Position numbers and translations under genes: made by a program. 64,000 nt of DNA. It comes from Bugula neritina (lineage: Eukaryota; Animalia; Bryozoa). Below are positions 26,101 through 37,015 of this stretch, piece by piece. The number at the start of each line of letters is the position of its first letter. The first letter of the stretch is position 1. The stretch is taken from contig OZ037766.1 in NCBI GenBank assembly GCA_964035545.1, forward strand, positions 1,798,001-1,862,000, given 5' to 3'. The notes under the pieces were generated by a model. The model did not search any database, was not told the DNA's origin, and saw only the letters and a list, made by a program, of their open reading frames with translations.

Positions 26101-29100
26101 CACGGGCAACTCATCTCAAGTCTACAGTAGAAGGTTAAGTCTACTTCAGAGTTCACGGGCAACTCATCTCAGGTCTACAGTAGAAGGTTAAGTCTACTTC
26201 AGAGTTCACGGGCAACTCATCTCAGGTCTAGCACATCGGTTCAGTGCTAGGTCAAGTCAACGCTTCACACGTCACGTGGTTTTGTGACCGTATTCAGTCC
26301 ATCGGGAAGCAATCAAACATTTTTGGATTATATTTACACACCAGCAACCCCAGCTTCAATTCAACTCCACCGGAGACGGAAATCGCCCTGCTACCAAGCT
26401 TCTTATTGGTGAGTTACTGTTACCAGGCATTTTTTAGATTAGCTTAGTATTATTTTTTGTAATTGTAACTTTGATTGTGTCTCAACACTGGGGTGCATCT
26501 CGGGTAGCACAGGGGTACTCGGCCATCTTTGGTATTGGTGGGTGCAGTTTGCAGTTGCTCTTCTTTCACTTTGATGACCCATTTCTTGGTCGGCATCAGT
26601 CTTGTCTAATGTCTGTTTAGTATTTCATTGAGACAAAATAGGAACTCAATATTCGGATAGCAATTATATACATGATTTTAAGTTAGGGCATTAAAACATT
26701 AAATTTACTATGGCCACACCTCCTATTGCTCCCCGCAGAAGCACTAGAATTAGGCAGCTGTCACAATCAGCTCAGCAACAATTAGTTAGCACTAGCAAAG
26801 CTAAAATTGATACACTGATTTCTAAATTTAACAACTTGATTAAAAAGGAGCTTGATGATGATTTAATTGTGTTAATTAATAATTTGGCAGATCAAGCTAA
26901 ATCTACCCTTGATAACCTGCTGACACAGGTCAGTGAACAAGATAACAGCATAGATTTTTATGTTCAACAAGTCAATATTATATGCAAGCGTGCTCATGAC
27001 TTGTCTCTTACAGAGGCAGAGGGCACTATTTACAATACTGTCTTTGGCTCGTCAAATCATTCTCATATCTCTCTAGCTAATGAACAATTTGAGGCAGCTA
27101 AAACTGCAATTGAACTTGAATCACTTGAAAGGCGCACAGCAATTCTAGCTAAACGTGAGCAACTAGAGTTGCAAACTCAAAAACTTAAGGATAAGCAGCG
27201 CTTGCAGCAGGCTAGGTTAGATATAATATACAGTCATGGATTAGATGAGAGAGATGAAATAGCTGCAAATCTTAGGGCCACGCAACTTGGTTCAACCCCT
27301 GTCCCTGCTGCACGTAGTAGTAGGGGAACTCCATCAATTTGCTCTCTCACTTCTGAAAATTTCACAGAATATATACAGCCATCTCCACGGCCCATCCCTA
27401 AGCCAAGGTTCAAACCACAACCCCTCCCACGCTCAAGTTCTTCAAAATCGTTGCCGGTTCCAAACCCTCCAGCAACAAATACACTAGATAGCGCTTACAT
27501 GTTAGCAGAGTGTCTAACTAAAGCCCTAAACACTCAAAGGGCACCCATACCTGAGCCACCTGTTTTTAGGGGAAACCCATTAGAATACCCTACTTGGAAA
27601 GCTGCACTTACTTCATATATGGCACACATTAATGTCTCTAACGAAAGCAAGCTGCACTATCTTCTCAAGTATGTAGGCAATTCAGCTGCTGAGGGAATTA
27701 CTAGCTATGCACTTGTACATGATCCAAAAGCATACAATACAGCAATTAACACACTTGATGAGCGTTTTGGGTCTAGCTATACTATTGCTGAAGCATTTAG
27801 AAATAAATTAGACAGCTTTCAACGTTTTAAAGCTAATGATGCCTCTGCCTTGAGAAAATTTTCTGACTTTTTACTTCAATGTCAGTCAGCCATGGGCTCA
27901 TTTCATGAATTAGCAGTACTCAATGACCCTCATACCAGTGTAAACCTATGTCAGAAATTACCTGACTTTTTAGCCAACAAATGGAAAGAAAAAATAGTGG
28001 AATTTAGGCAGAAATACGGAAAATACCCTCAGTTTTCAGAGTTCAGTAAATTGATGAAATATCACTCCGACATCCAAAATGACCCTGTAGTTCTAGGAAT
28101 GAGTAAAGCAGCAAATAGCAGTTCAAGTATTTTGCATCCTAGAGTAAACAAACCAGTTGACACTAGAAATACATTTTTCACATCTAGAGCTAGCACATAT
28201 TACTGTTCATATTGTGATGTACTAGGACATACCCTCAGTAGGTGTAATTTGAAATTCGCAAAATTAAGTGCTTGTGATCAAGAAAGGTTTATCCGAAGCA
28301 ATAATTTATGTTGGAAGTGCCTTGAGCCTGGTCATAGGTCTAACAAATGTACCACTGCATGCAAATGCCAAGTAAAGGGCTGTGGCAAGCAGCATCCTAC
28401 TTCAAGACATTATCAAGTAGTTAGAACTTCATCATCTGACCAAGTCACTATGCATAGCAATTCTAACCATAGCCAGCCCAATACACCTTCACTCAATCAT
28501 ACTCAACCAACCTCACCAGCTCATTTACAAACTTCTGTAGATCACACTATCACCAATAGCACAATAGGTGTCTCTCAAGTACCACATGCTTCCTCAACTA
28601 AAACAGCTAACACACAAACTCTAACTAGAAACAAAGATGGTCTAAAATCAAGCATCATTCCAGTTTGGCTTTCCACTTCACCCAATTCAGATAAGGAACA
28701 CCTTGTGTATGCTCTTCTTGATAATATGAGTGATACCACATTCATTAGTGACGAAGTAGCAGACATTTTAGATATACCTCATCAGTCTGTAGCAAATCTC
28801 AAGATCAACACAGTAAATCCAACCAATCATAACGCAAGCACACAAAGCAGATTGTTCAAAGAGTTGACTATAAAGGGTTTCCATGCTGATCAACGTATTT
28901 CATTGGTAGATGTTTATACTATACCAGAAATTCCTCTAAATAGATCGCACATTCCAACTAAAGAATCAGCTGCTGTTTGGGACCATTTACAACACATAGC
29001 TCATGAAATTCCAGAACTACAAAACTGCCCAATTGGCATGCTCATAGGGTATGACAACTCTCATGCTCTCATTCCTTTAAAGTCAGTAGCTGGACCAAAT

Positions 29101-30956
29101 TCTAGAGACCCATATGCGGTACAAACTCCACTAGGATGGAGTGTAGTAGGCGCTACTAATCCCCACATGAAACATGAAATTGTTAAGCTCTCAAACTCCC
29201 CCCAAACTTCAGCAGACGTAAATGCAGTCTCATTTGCATGCTTTTCCAAATCTCTAAAACCCACCAGCGTTCTACACAAACTGCAACAAAATTTTAGAGA
29301 AAATCAGACTATCGGCACTCGGCTTGCTCTTTCCCAAGATGATAAGCAATTTTTATCCACACTACAAACTGGCATTTCTCAAACTGAAGATGGCACGCCT
29401 TTGACTCCTAACCATTCTCTAGCTATGAAATCGAAAATTATTTTTCCTCCACCTGGTCAGTTTGATGAAAGTGGTACACATTCTCGAAAGCGCTGGCGTG
29501 TGGTTCAAAGCCTCGCAAATCAATTTTGGTCAAAATGGCGCGAGAGCGCGGTACAAAAATTAGTCATGCTCTTCAGGCCTTATATCAAACATCAAACTTA
29601 ATATCAATTCTCCATGCTTCCCAAATTATGCATATACATACAGTAATAGTTATAGTATTTAATTTCCAGCTGCCGCAGCAAATTAAAGGGGGGAGTGTAA
29701 CTGGTTGTGTGTTGCCCACTATAAATAACTATTGACCCCATTAACTTCCTATTTATGTTTAGGTGACATACGTCAGCAGGCATTACTCATCTGCCTTGTG
29801 CTGACTATTAGATTTGTGGTCAGGTCATTGTGGTTGGGGTGGCTGTCATTCTTGCCCTACCTGTACGGGCTGGGTTGGTACCCTGAGGCTACCTAGTGAA
29901 TGTTTACTATGTTTTGGGACACAATCATTGTGGTAATTTTTAGGGACAATAGTCGTTTATGCAATATGTTTTTGCCTGGTACAGTAACAACAACCAGAGT
30001 ATATAAACACTTTACAAACTTAATAAAATCAGTTGGCAGCACTCTTTAACAAAACTGTACTTATTATTTTATTCTTCTACTGGTTTGACAATATATTATT
30101 TACTGGCACAGTTTATGAAGGACCCAAGAGGTTAGTTACTTTTATTCATATTATTATCTGAATTATTATTTTATAATAAATTTACTTTATGGTTTTTGTG
30201 AGCATTACTTTAATATTTTTAACCACATTTATATGCATGCAATCATTTATATAACTTTTGCCTTTCTTATTTAGTTTTTACCAGCAAGTTTATCACAGCA
30301 AGTTTATCAGAGAATTTATCAGCAAGTTTACCAACAAGTATAACCAATAAACTTTATTTTTAACCACATTTATATGCATGCAATCATTTATATAACTTTT
30401 GCCTTTCTTATTTAGTTTTTACCAGCAAGTTTATCACAGCAAGTTTATCAGAGAATTTATCAGCAAGTTTACCAACAAGTATAACCAATAAACTTCTGCG
30501 TTCGGAAATCCTGGTTTAATTCATACGGGGCCAGTAACAATATCTTTCAGAAAAAGTAATAAATTGGAGTGACGTAAACTCATTATTACAATACTACTCT
30601 CCAGCACTGCTATATACTTGCACATCCCATTTGATTATAGTTTTTTATTGTGTTACATCACAGATAACGCAGCAGGCACGTCGCTAGATTGGGCGTACGC
30701 CAACACTGAAGCCAAGTTTGTTTTCACATTTGAGCTGCCACCTTCACAATCACCTCCTGGTTTCGTCCTACCAGAAAGTAGCATCAAGTCTGTAGTGGAT
30801 ACAACATGGCCCGGAGTCGCGACTCTTGTTAAGACTATCATCAACACGCCAGCATTAGAAGACAAGTATTTCGTATCCAAAGGCTCTAGCAAAGGAATAG
30901 ATATGTGTTATTGTGAGCTAATATTCATGTTGCTGTTTGCTTTCTGCTATGTTTAG
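11195..30956 (+). CDS. M14A metallocarboxypeptidase paralog 2 (CPA-like specificity pocket, hydrophobic C-terminal tail), about 10 exons, 14.2-kb last intron
   Basis: Signal peptide MAFSEVICLISLLVSHSIA; GVDFW; GGAHAREWI; NPDGY; RYWRKNR; GVDLNRNF; FHSY; last exon 30664-30956 gives (Y)NAAGTSLDWAY...FELPP. Intron positions parallel paralog 1; last intron 16478-30663. Confidence 0.9.
12823..13012 (+). repeat. 25-bp minisatellite (GTACAGTAACTGAGTACACAGTGAA)x~7 next to a splice acceptor
   Basis: Direct reading; acceptor CATAG ends at 13025. Confidence 0.9.
14971..15038 (+). repeat. 13-bp repeat (GTAAGTATACAGA)x~5 starting at a splice donor
   Basis: First unit is the GTAAGT donor after the ...SHDY exon. 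Confidence 0.8.
16490..16650 (+). repeat. 33-bp minisatellite x~5 near the donor of the last intron
   Basis: TATACAACTCCCTGCTAGTTACATTGTAGTGTA units. Confidence 0.9.
17740..23658 (-). pseudogene. BEL/Pao gag-pol polyprotein interrupted by one in-frame TAA at 22240-22242
   Basis: ORFs 22240-23658 and 17740-22116 are in one frame, joined by 41 sense codons. Gag (PEIFQGDPL, LKERYG), three zinc knuckles, protease YAILDSASD, RT FYVDDG, RNase H HFCDAS/TIPRLEL/NPADIASRG, integrase MDCFGP/CDQGTNF/GGVWER, terminal RPIQKVVLL. Confidence 0.93.
24468..24635 (-). repeat. 33-bp tandem repeat x5 in the 5' leader of the inner element
   Basis: CCACCAAGCAGGTTGTGGGGCTCTACGGCGTCT units on the + strand. Confidence 0.95.
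24669..24681 (-). promoter_or_regulatory. Non-tRNA primer-binding site of the inner element (GTGAAGTCTTTTG)
   Basis: Abuts the 5' LTR end; no TGG; reverse complement of predicted LTR splice junction CAAAAG|ACTTCAC. Confidence 0.7.
25967..25977 (+). promoter_or_regulatory. Non-tRNA primer-binding site of the outer element (GTAAAAACTCT)
   Basis: Abuts the 5' LTR end; no TGG; reverse complement of predicted LTR splice junction AGAG|TTTTTAC. Confidence 0.7.
25978..26230 (+). repeat. 53-bp tandem repeat x~4.5 in the 5' leader of the outer element
   Basis: AAGTCTACTTCAGAGTTCACGGGCAACTCATCTCAAGTCTACAGTAGAAGGTT units; period 53 (26031 to 26084). Confidence 0.92.
26710..29601 (+). CDS. BEL/Pao gag-protease fused in frame to integrase C-terminal remnants; RT, RNase H and integrase core deleted
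   Basis: 963-aa ORF: PEPPVFRGNPLEY, LDERFG, zinc knuckles (CSYC...H....C, CWKC...GH....C, CQVKGCGKQHPTSRH), YALLDNMSD, then LSQDD...GISQTEDG joined to PLTPNH...PPPGQF...RWRVVQSLANQFWSKW and VQKLVML. Confidence 0.9.
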   Translation: MATPPIAPRRSTRIRQLSQSAQQQLVSTSKAKIDTLISKFNNLIKKELDDDLIVLINNLADQAKSTLDNLLTQVSEQDNSIDFYVQQVNIICKRAHDLSLTEAEGTIYNTVFGSSNHSHISLANEQFEAAKTAIELESLERRTAILAKREQLELQTQKLKDKQRLQQARLDIIYSHGLDERDEIAANLRATQLGSTPVPAARSSRGTPSICSLTSENFTEYIQPSPRPIPKPRFKPQPLPRSSSSKSLPVPNPPATNTLDSAYMLAECLTKALNTQRAPIPEPPVFRGNPLEYPTWKAALTSYMAHINVSNESKLHYLLKYVGNSAAEGITSYALVHDPKAYNTAINTLDERFGSSYTIAEAFRNKLDSFQRFKANDASALRKFSDFLLQCQSAMGSFHELAVLNDPHTSVNLCQKLPDFLANKWKEKIVEFRQKYGKYPQFSEFSKLMKYHSDIQNDPVVLGMSKAANSSSSILHPRVNKPVDTRNTFFTSRASTYYCSYCDVLGHTLSRCNLKFAKLSACDQERFIRSNNLCWKCLEPGHRSNKCTTACKCQVKGCGKQHPTSRHYQVVRTSSSDQVTMHSNSNHSQPNTPSLNHTQPTSPAHLQTSVDHTITNSTIGVSQVPHASSTKTANTQTLTRNKDGLKSSIIPVWLSTSPNSDKEHLVYALLDNMSDTTFISDEVADILDIPHQSVANLKINTVNPTNHNASTQSRLFKELTIKGFHADQRISLVDVYTIPEIPLNRSHIPTKESAAVWDHLQHIAHEIPELQNCPIGMLIGYDNSHALIPLKSVAGPNSRDPYAVQTPLGWSVVGATNPHMKHEIVKLSNSPQTSADVNAVSFACFSKSLKPTSVLHKLQQNFRENQTIGTRLALSQDDKQFLSTLQTGISQTEDGTPLTPNHSLAMKSKIIFPPPGQFDESGTHSRKRWRVVQSLANQFWSKWRESAVQKLVMLFRPYIKHQT

Positions 30957-32195
30957 TGTACAATCACTTAGCAGGTTAATGATGACATCATCTCCCATCA
31001 GAATCAACTCTTTCTTCAATCAAATTGAGCTGTTAGAAATGACTGACGGAAATGTGTTATAAGTTTATGAAATTTTATTTTGTGATAATTTAATTGTTTG
31101 CTATTTTTATGGAAAATCTTTTTAAATATTTCAATGCACTTTCTGTTTGAAACAAGATAATTGGTATTTATATTCCTGAAAATTCTTTTTAAAACTACAC
31201 ACTCTATTCAGTAAATAGTATGTGGTAGTACAGGCAAAATATCATTCTATTACATAGACAGCATAGTTATATTTTTTAAAACATACATTCATGATGTGAT
31301 AAAATCCCATTTATTTCACAAATGTTTTTGAAAGGCTCATAATCATAATGTTTAATATACATGATTGTATTTACTTTTAGACCTAGAGTTTACATTATTT
31401 ATGAAAAGCAATGCATATACATCGCAATAAACCATAAACTATTTAGTTACAAGAAGTAAAAGGTGAAAATGTATCAGATAAACAATCATTGGCTAGAAAG
31501 CTCTATGTGAAAATTGTAATTAAGCAATTTGTTCATCATAATTAGGTCAAATTTTCAACAGGTATTAAACATCGTGTTTGTATTTTGCTAAGTTCACAAG
31601 AATTAGTATTCAAGTTGAAATCATCTTTAAAATAAGGAGTTAAATTTAAATTTGCTTTCTGTCCTCTTGTTAATGTTATTGTTATTGAGTGTACAAACTC
31701 TTATTTTAAAAATTCATAAATATAAAATAATCACGAAACACAAATTTAAAAGTTTCATGAGCTTTTATACGAGCAAATACTGTATACATTTAAAACTACG
31801 AGTATTAAATTTTGTGACCAGAAACTCACAAAGGGTTAACTCTGGAAACCCCATCGCCTCAAAGCATCTTCATTAGTCAGTTCCAAGCCAGTTAGTTTCG
31901 CTTTGACATTCACAAGCACCTCTCTATAGTCTTTTGAGATTATGTAGTGTTTTTCTTGGACATAGGCACAACACATCATAATAGTTAATAACGCCGGCTT
32001 TAATTTATCGAAAAGAAAAGACGCAAATATATCTAATTGTTCGATGTGTACTAAATTTGAGTTGAATAATTACTTATATGCAATGATAAATTTTAATTAA
32101 TAATAATCAAAATAAATAATTTTATTTTTATAATCAAATAAAAATTTTTTAAACCTAATATCTTAGTCGTTCGACCATAGCGGGCGATTCTTTTT

Positions 32196-32231
32196 GTTGC
32201 CAAGTAGCCATGTAAACAATAGCCTAGCAAC
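32196..32231. promoter_or_regulatory. Cluster of RFX X-box-like motifs upstream of the SAXO-like gene
   Basis: GTTGCCAAGTAGC, GTAGCCATGTAAAC (32204-32217), ATAGCCTAGCAAC (32219-32231), about 170-200 bp upstream of the ATG of a ciliary gene. Confidence 0.6.
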
Positions 32232-32397
32232 AACTAAGCATGCATGTGCATCCTTTGTCATCCCATGTTTTTTACATTGGGTATAATTAACTTGCTCTCG
32301 TATAATTAGAAATAGTTCTCAATACTTGCTCTGCTGAAAAGTCTCGAGGCAAATTCAAGTGTAAAAAAGCAGGTTAAAGGATATAATCACTAACACC

Positions 32398-35300
32398 ATG
32401 GTGAAGAAATGTATTTGTCAAATTTGTGTTTGTGGGTAAGTCATAGTTATTTTAACAAATTATTCACATTCAATTGTGAATCAAAAAAGGCTATCAAGCT
32501 ATTATTGATCATATAATTTTTATTAAAATTTATTATTTTTTAACTAAAAATTATATTACCATTTCATTAAAAATCTTATGGTTGATATTTTATGAACGGT
32601 TTTACTGTTACTAGTTTTAATAAATTGATTACTAAAATGCATTGTTCATCAACTTGGTTGTTTAAATATGACATTATCAATCTGTTGTAATTTAAGTTTA
32701 ATATTTCAAAAACACACAGTGTTGCTCATTTTTAACTCAACAAGTTTTAATAATTTAGAGCTTGGTATATTTCCCTCTCCAGTGACAGTTCATTTTTTAA
32801 TACACTAAGCAAAATATTTCAATTAAAAGACAAGTTTTCTTATTATAATCTGTTTTAAGATGTTGTAAGCTTAACTGCATATAAATCTAAACTTAAAAGA
32901 CAGACTAAAGAAAAAATAACTCTTAAATGCAAACTTTAGTTGAACTATATTTTCTTTATGTAGTAAAGCGTTTTATTTGGGCTAATAGCCTTCTGTTTGC
33001 CAGATTATACTGCACAAATTTATAACCACACTATAAGAAATTTGTCAAATAACCTTGAACAAACTAACGTATTCCTAGTTGCAATAATTAGTGCAGTATG
33101 CTAAATATTGAAAGAAATTATTTGTTTGTCTGCAATAACAATCAAAATTATTAAAAAACATTGTGAATGTGTGAGCTAGCGAGCGAGTGAGTGAGCTAGC
33201 GAGCGAGTGAGTGAGTGAGTGAGTGAGTGAGTGAGTGAGTGAGTGAGTGAGTGAGTGAGTGAGTGAGTGAGTGAGTGAGTGAGTGGGTGATTGGGTGAGT
33301 GAGTGAGTGAGTGAGTGAGTGAGTGAGTGAGTGAGTGAGTGAGTGATTGGGTGAGTGAGTGGGTGAGTGATTGGGTGAGTGAGTGAGTGATCATAAGGGA
33401 GCTTATTTTCGTTAGTGCAAATTTGAATGTTAGCATAAGTGGGTTTTTGTATGCGGCCTCACCAAGTGGCTACAGCAACACTGATAATTAAATCCTGCTT
33501 TTTCTTCTTTGCAGCCAAATCTCATCAGAGTTAGTGCTAATGTCTGCTAATAAAATATTTTCAAGTAATGATTGTTATTGTAGCAAAACAAAATGGTGAT
33601 AAATTTTAAATGGTATTTTATAAAAAAAATTTGAATATGTATCTCAATATTTAAAGCATTTCCTAATAAAAAATATATTATAGCAAGTTTGAAGGCATTC
33701 ATTGTAAACTATTATTAAATTATAGCCCTGTGAGGCAGTTGGTGTTAAAGAATACACATTGAAACAAATTTTTTTATTTATATCAAACTGTATTTTGAAT
33801 GTTTAAGTAGAACGTGGTAATATTATTTGGGTGAAGAGCAAGAGGGGGAGAGGATCTATTCAATTGACACAGAATAACTGTTGCTAAGCAACTGTAACAC
33901 TATCTAATGTATATTTTGATTCGTGTGTAAACATGCACTTTGCATGACACTCTGTATTGTGTCTTTATATTGTGAGCATTGATCAATAATTAATATAATA
34001 CACTTTGTACTGCAAGACTGCTAGTAGCTTAAGAAATTATATTAATTGCATAACAACGAATAATACAGGTATTCACTATTGATCTTGATTCTATTAGCTC
34101 TCTATAACTGAAAAGTCACTAAATTTGCAGTTATTTTAATTACTTACCAATATTTTGTGAGCAATTTGATTAGCTATAAGCACTTAAATATTATTCCAGA
34201 GTCAATGCAACTTATGTCACTAACCTTACTATGATGGTATATGTGTGTGTGCAGCATCAAACTTAGATACATTGAATGAAAATGTCTAACAACAATTTAA
34301 TTTTTAGTAGATTATAAAAAAGCTTATTTTATTATCTAAAAATATTTTATTTCATTATAAATGTTATCAAAAATTGGAACACTTTTACTAAAACTTGTCG
34401 CCTGTGTAAATAAATTTATTTTTTTATAAATCCAATATTATTTACTAGTAAAAACTATTTTGGTTCTCACGCAGACGGCATAGATGTCCACACAGGCCTT
34501 TCACAGCCAAAGGCTCAGGTCCATGTGCTTTCTCAGAGTATCATGACGAATATAAAAAGAAAGATGGCGGAAAGTTACCTAGTTTTAAGCCAACACACCA
34601 GCCAATCAAAAACAGTGATCCAATGTCTGATAAGACAACACAGCGGTGAGTGTTCATATATAAGTAATAGGAGTATGAAATGTAATATTATACTAACTTT
34701 CTCACCAATTAGCAGAGTACTTGTAGAGTACACTCTACTTTAGTATTAAATAGACATATTAACAGAATTCACATGATTTGTGAGGACTTGATATGAAATA
34801 CATACATATCTGACATGTTTTACTAAATGCAAATATAACAAAGTAAACATGATGAATGCATGCTTTTATATAACAGAGAAATGAAATCTAGTAGTTGTGA
34901 TTATGTTTCAAAGTATGGAATAAAACTATTGCCTCTAATATATACACATAACACATGTAATGTATAGGCTCACACATGCATTGTGTGTGTTCACATATAA
35001 TATATTGACACAGATGTAATGCGTATACCAAGACAAATGTTACATATAATATACTCAAATCGTAACATATACAGTATACTTCCACATTTGTAGCGTATAT
35101 TACTAACATTGTAACGCATATATCGTAATGCTATATTTGTATATTCAGAGTTGACTTCATAAAACATCATGGGATGAGACCAGTGTTTAGGCAACCAGAA
35201 CAATATATCAAACCTGGTGGAGACATCGATACAATGACCTCTTACAAAAAGGACTACGTTCCTAAAGACGTAGCGCCTCCCAAGGCTTTTCGGAGAGATG

Positions 35301-37015
35301 ATGCTAGAAAAGTTCAAGGACGTTTTGAGGGTGACCCAACGTATAGATGTGAGTGATTCACAATAAACTATACAAACCGTAGTTATTTATAAAAAAGATA
35401 AAAAACGCTGCATCAACAATGAAAGCTTGTTACAAGTCAATTCAATTTGATGTAGAGTTTGCATTGTATTATGGTTGGATAATATATAAAATTGACACGC
35501 ATAATACAGATCTTTCTAAAGCTGTTTGTACTTACAAAAAGCTGTTTGGCTGCAATTGTTGTTCATATAAAAGTGAAAAAAAACATATTTTTAAAAGACT
35601 TCATATTTTATGGTTGAATCATTTGTTAAAGCAACTTTAAAAGCTGGTAAACCAAGTACCAAAGCATGCAAGTAACCAAAAGTATTGATTTCAAATGTAA
35701 ATAATTTCCCTGTTTGTTGGACAAAACTTACTTGGTTTATTCTTTCAGCTGACTATAGGAAATGGGCGCTGCCAGAGAAGAAGCTGTACCACGACCCCAA
35801 CCTCTACAAGGCCCCAGACGCACCATTTGAAGGAGAGCCAACCTACAAGTCAGACTACCATAAGCACCCCTTTTCAATGAGACAGAGCTTGCGACCAGAC
35901 GAGGGTGCTATAGGAACCCACGACCCCTTTGATGGCAGGACTGGCTATCGGGACGACTACATCAAACACCCTATGGAACTGAGGCCACAAAAAGACAGAG
36001 AACCTCACAAAGGACCGGCGGCTCCTTTAGATGGTTAGTTGCTAGCAAAAGAATTGGGAACTTATTGTTGTTTTACTTAATACTTAGATGGAGCGACAAA
36101 ATTCCTTAAAGTGCATTAACTTTACTTGTTGTAATGAGTTTATATTTGATGCAATTACTTGAAACTAATCATGGAGCATTTAATTCAACTTTCTGTAGAC
36201 ATGACCACTCACAAAATGGACTATGGACCAAAACAAGCTGGCAGAGCTCTGTCTTTTAAACCAGAAGGAATGGCGTTCAGATCAGCTGAGCCTTTGAGTG
36301 ACAACACAACCAACCGCAATGACTACATCAAGTGGCCTCTTGCCAAGCCAGCGGCTTACAAACCAGATGACTGGGTCAAACCCAGTGGGGACATGGACCT
36401 ACGCACCACAACACAGATTGAGTTTGATAAGTAAGTTCTCAAGCAATTTGTCTGATCTGTTGTCCGCAAGATTGGGTTTTTTCTCTTGGTTTGTAAATTA
36501 AGGATTTCATTCTAATGGTTGGTTGTTGCTGCAGGAAACCAATGGCCAGGACAAGAGCTATGAAACCCGCCGAGAGAAGACCTGTGACAGCTAACTTTGA
36601 CGACACAACCACTAACAGAGAGGACTTCAAGAAGTGGCCCCTGGGAGACCGCACAAAGCCGGCAATGAGACCCGACTATGTAGCTCCTGACGCACCCTTT
36701 GAGGGAATCTCTACGGTAAAGGCCCACTACACGCCCAAACCACTAAATATTCCTAGAAGCTTCAAACCTGATCAAACCCAGGCCGTGACTGGGCCTTTCG
36801 ATGGTAACACAATGTATCGCTTAGATTATGTTCCAAAAGAATCAGAGCCGTGCCCGGCGGCCATCTTGGACACTTCTAAATCTAAGTATGCCAATACCAA
36901 CATGCAGGATGACGCGGGTCACAAATTCTATCAGCCAATGTTTGAGACAATCACATCACTAGGAGGAAACAACGCTGTACACACTAACAAAATAAGTAGC
37001 GTTACTTTCGCATAA
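32398..37015 (+). CDS. SAXO: Stabilizer of axonemal microtubules (SAXO1/2, FAM154)-like protein, 6 exons
   Basis: N-terminus MVKKCICQICVCG|RHRCPH and repeated Mn-type modules (FEG..TY..DY..W/H). Approximate exons 32398-32435, 34475-34645, 35150-35348, 35749-36033, 36199-36430, 36535-37015. Confidence 0.9.
33172..33390. repeat. (GAGT)n microsatellite
   Basis: Direct reading. Confidence 0.95.
33880..33892. promoter_or_regulatory. Palindromic X-box GTTGCTAAGCAAC in intron 1 of the SAXO-like gene
   Basis: Matches the RFX consensus GTNRCY-n-RGYAAC. Confidence 0.5.

Larger units (their letters stand above)
16897..30539 (+). mobile_element. Outer BEL/Pao LTR retrotransposon, non-autonomous (about 5.3 kb once the nested element is removed)
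   Basis: TG...CA LTRs: 5' LTR 16897-17129 plus 25497-25966 (703 bp), 3' LTR 29696-30539 (844 bp); 5-bp TSD ATATC (16892-16896, 30540-30544); PPT AAAGGGGGGAG before 29696; gag-protease ORF. Confidence 0.95.
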
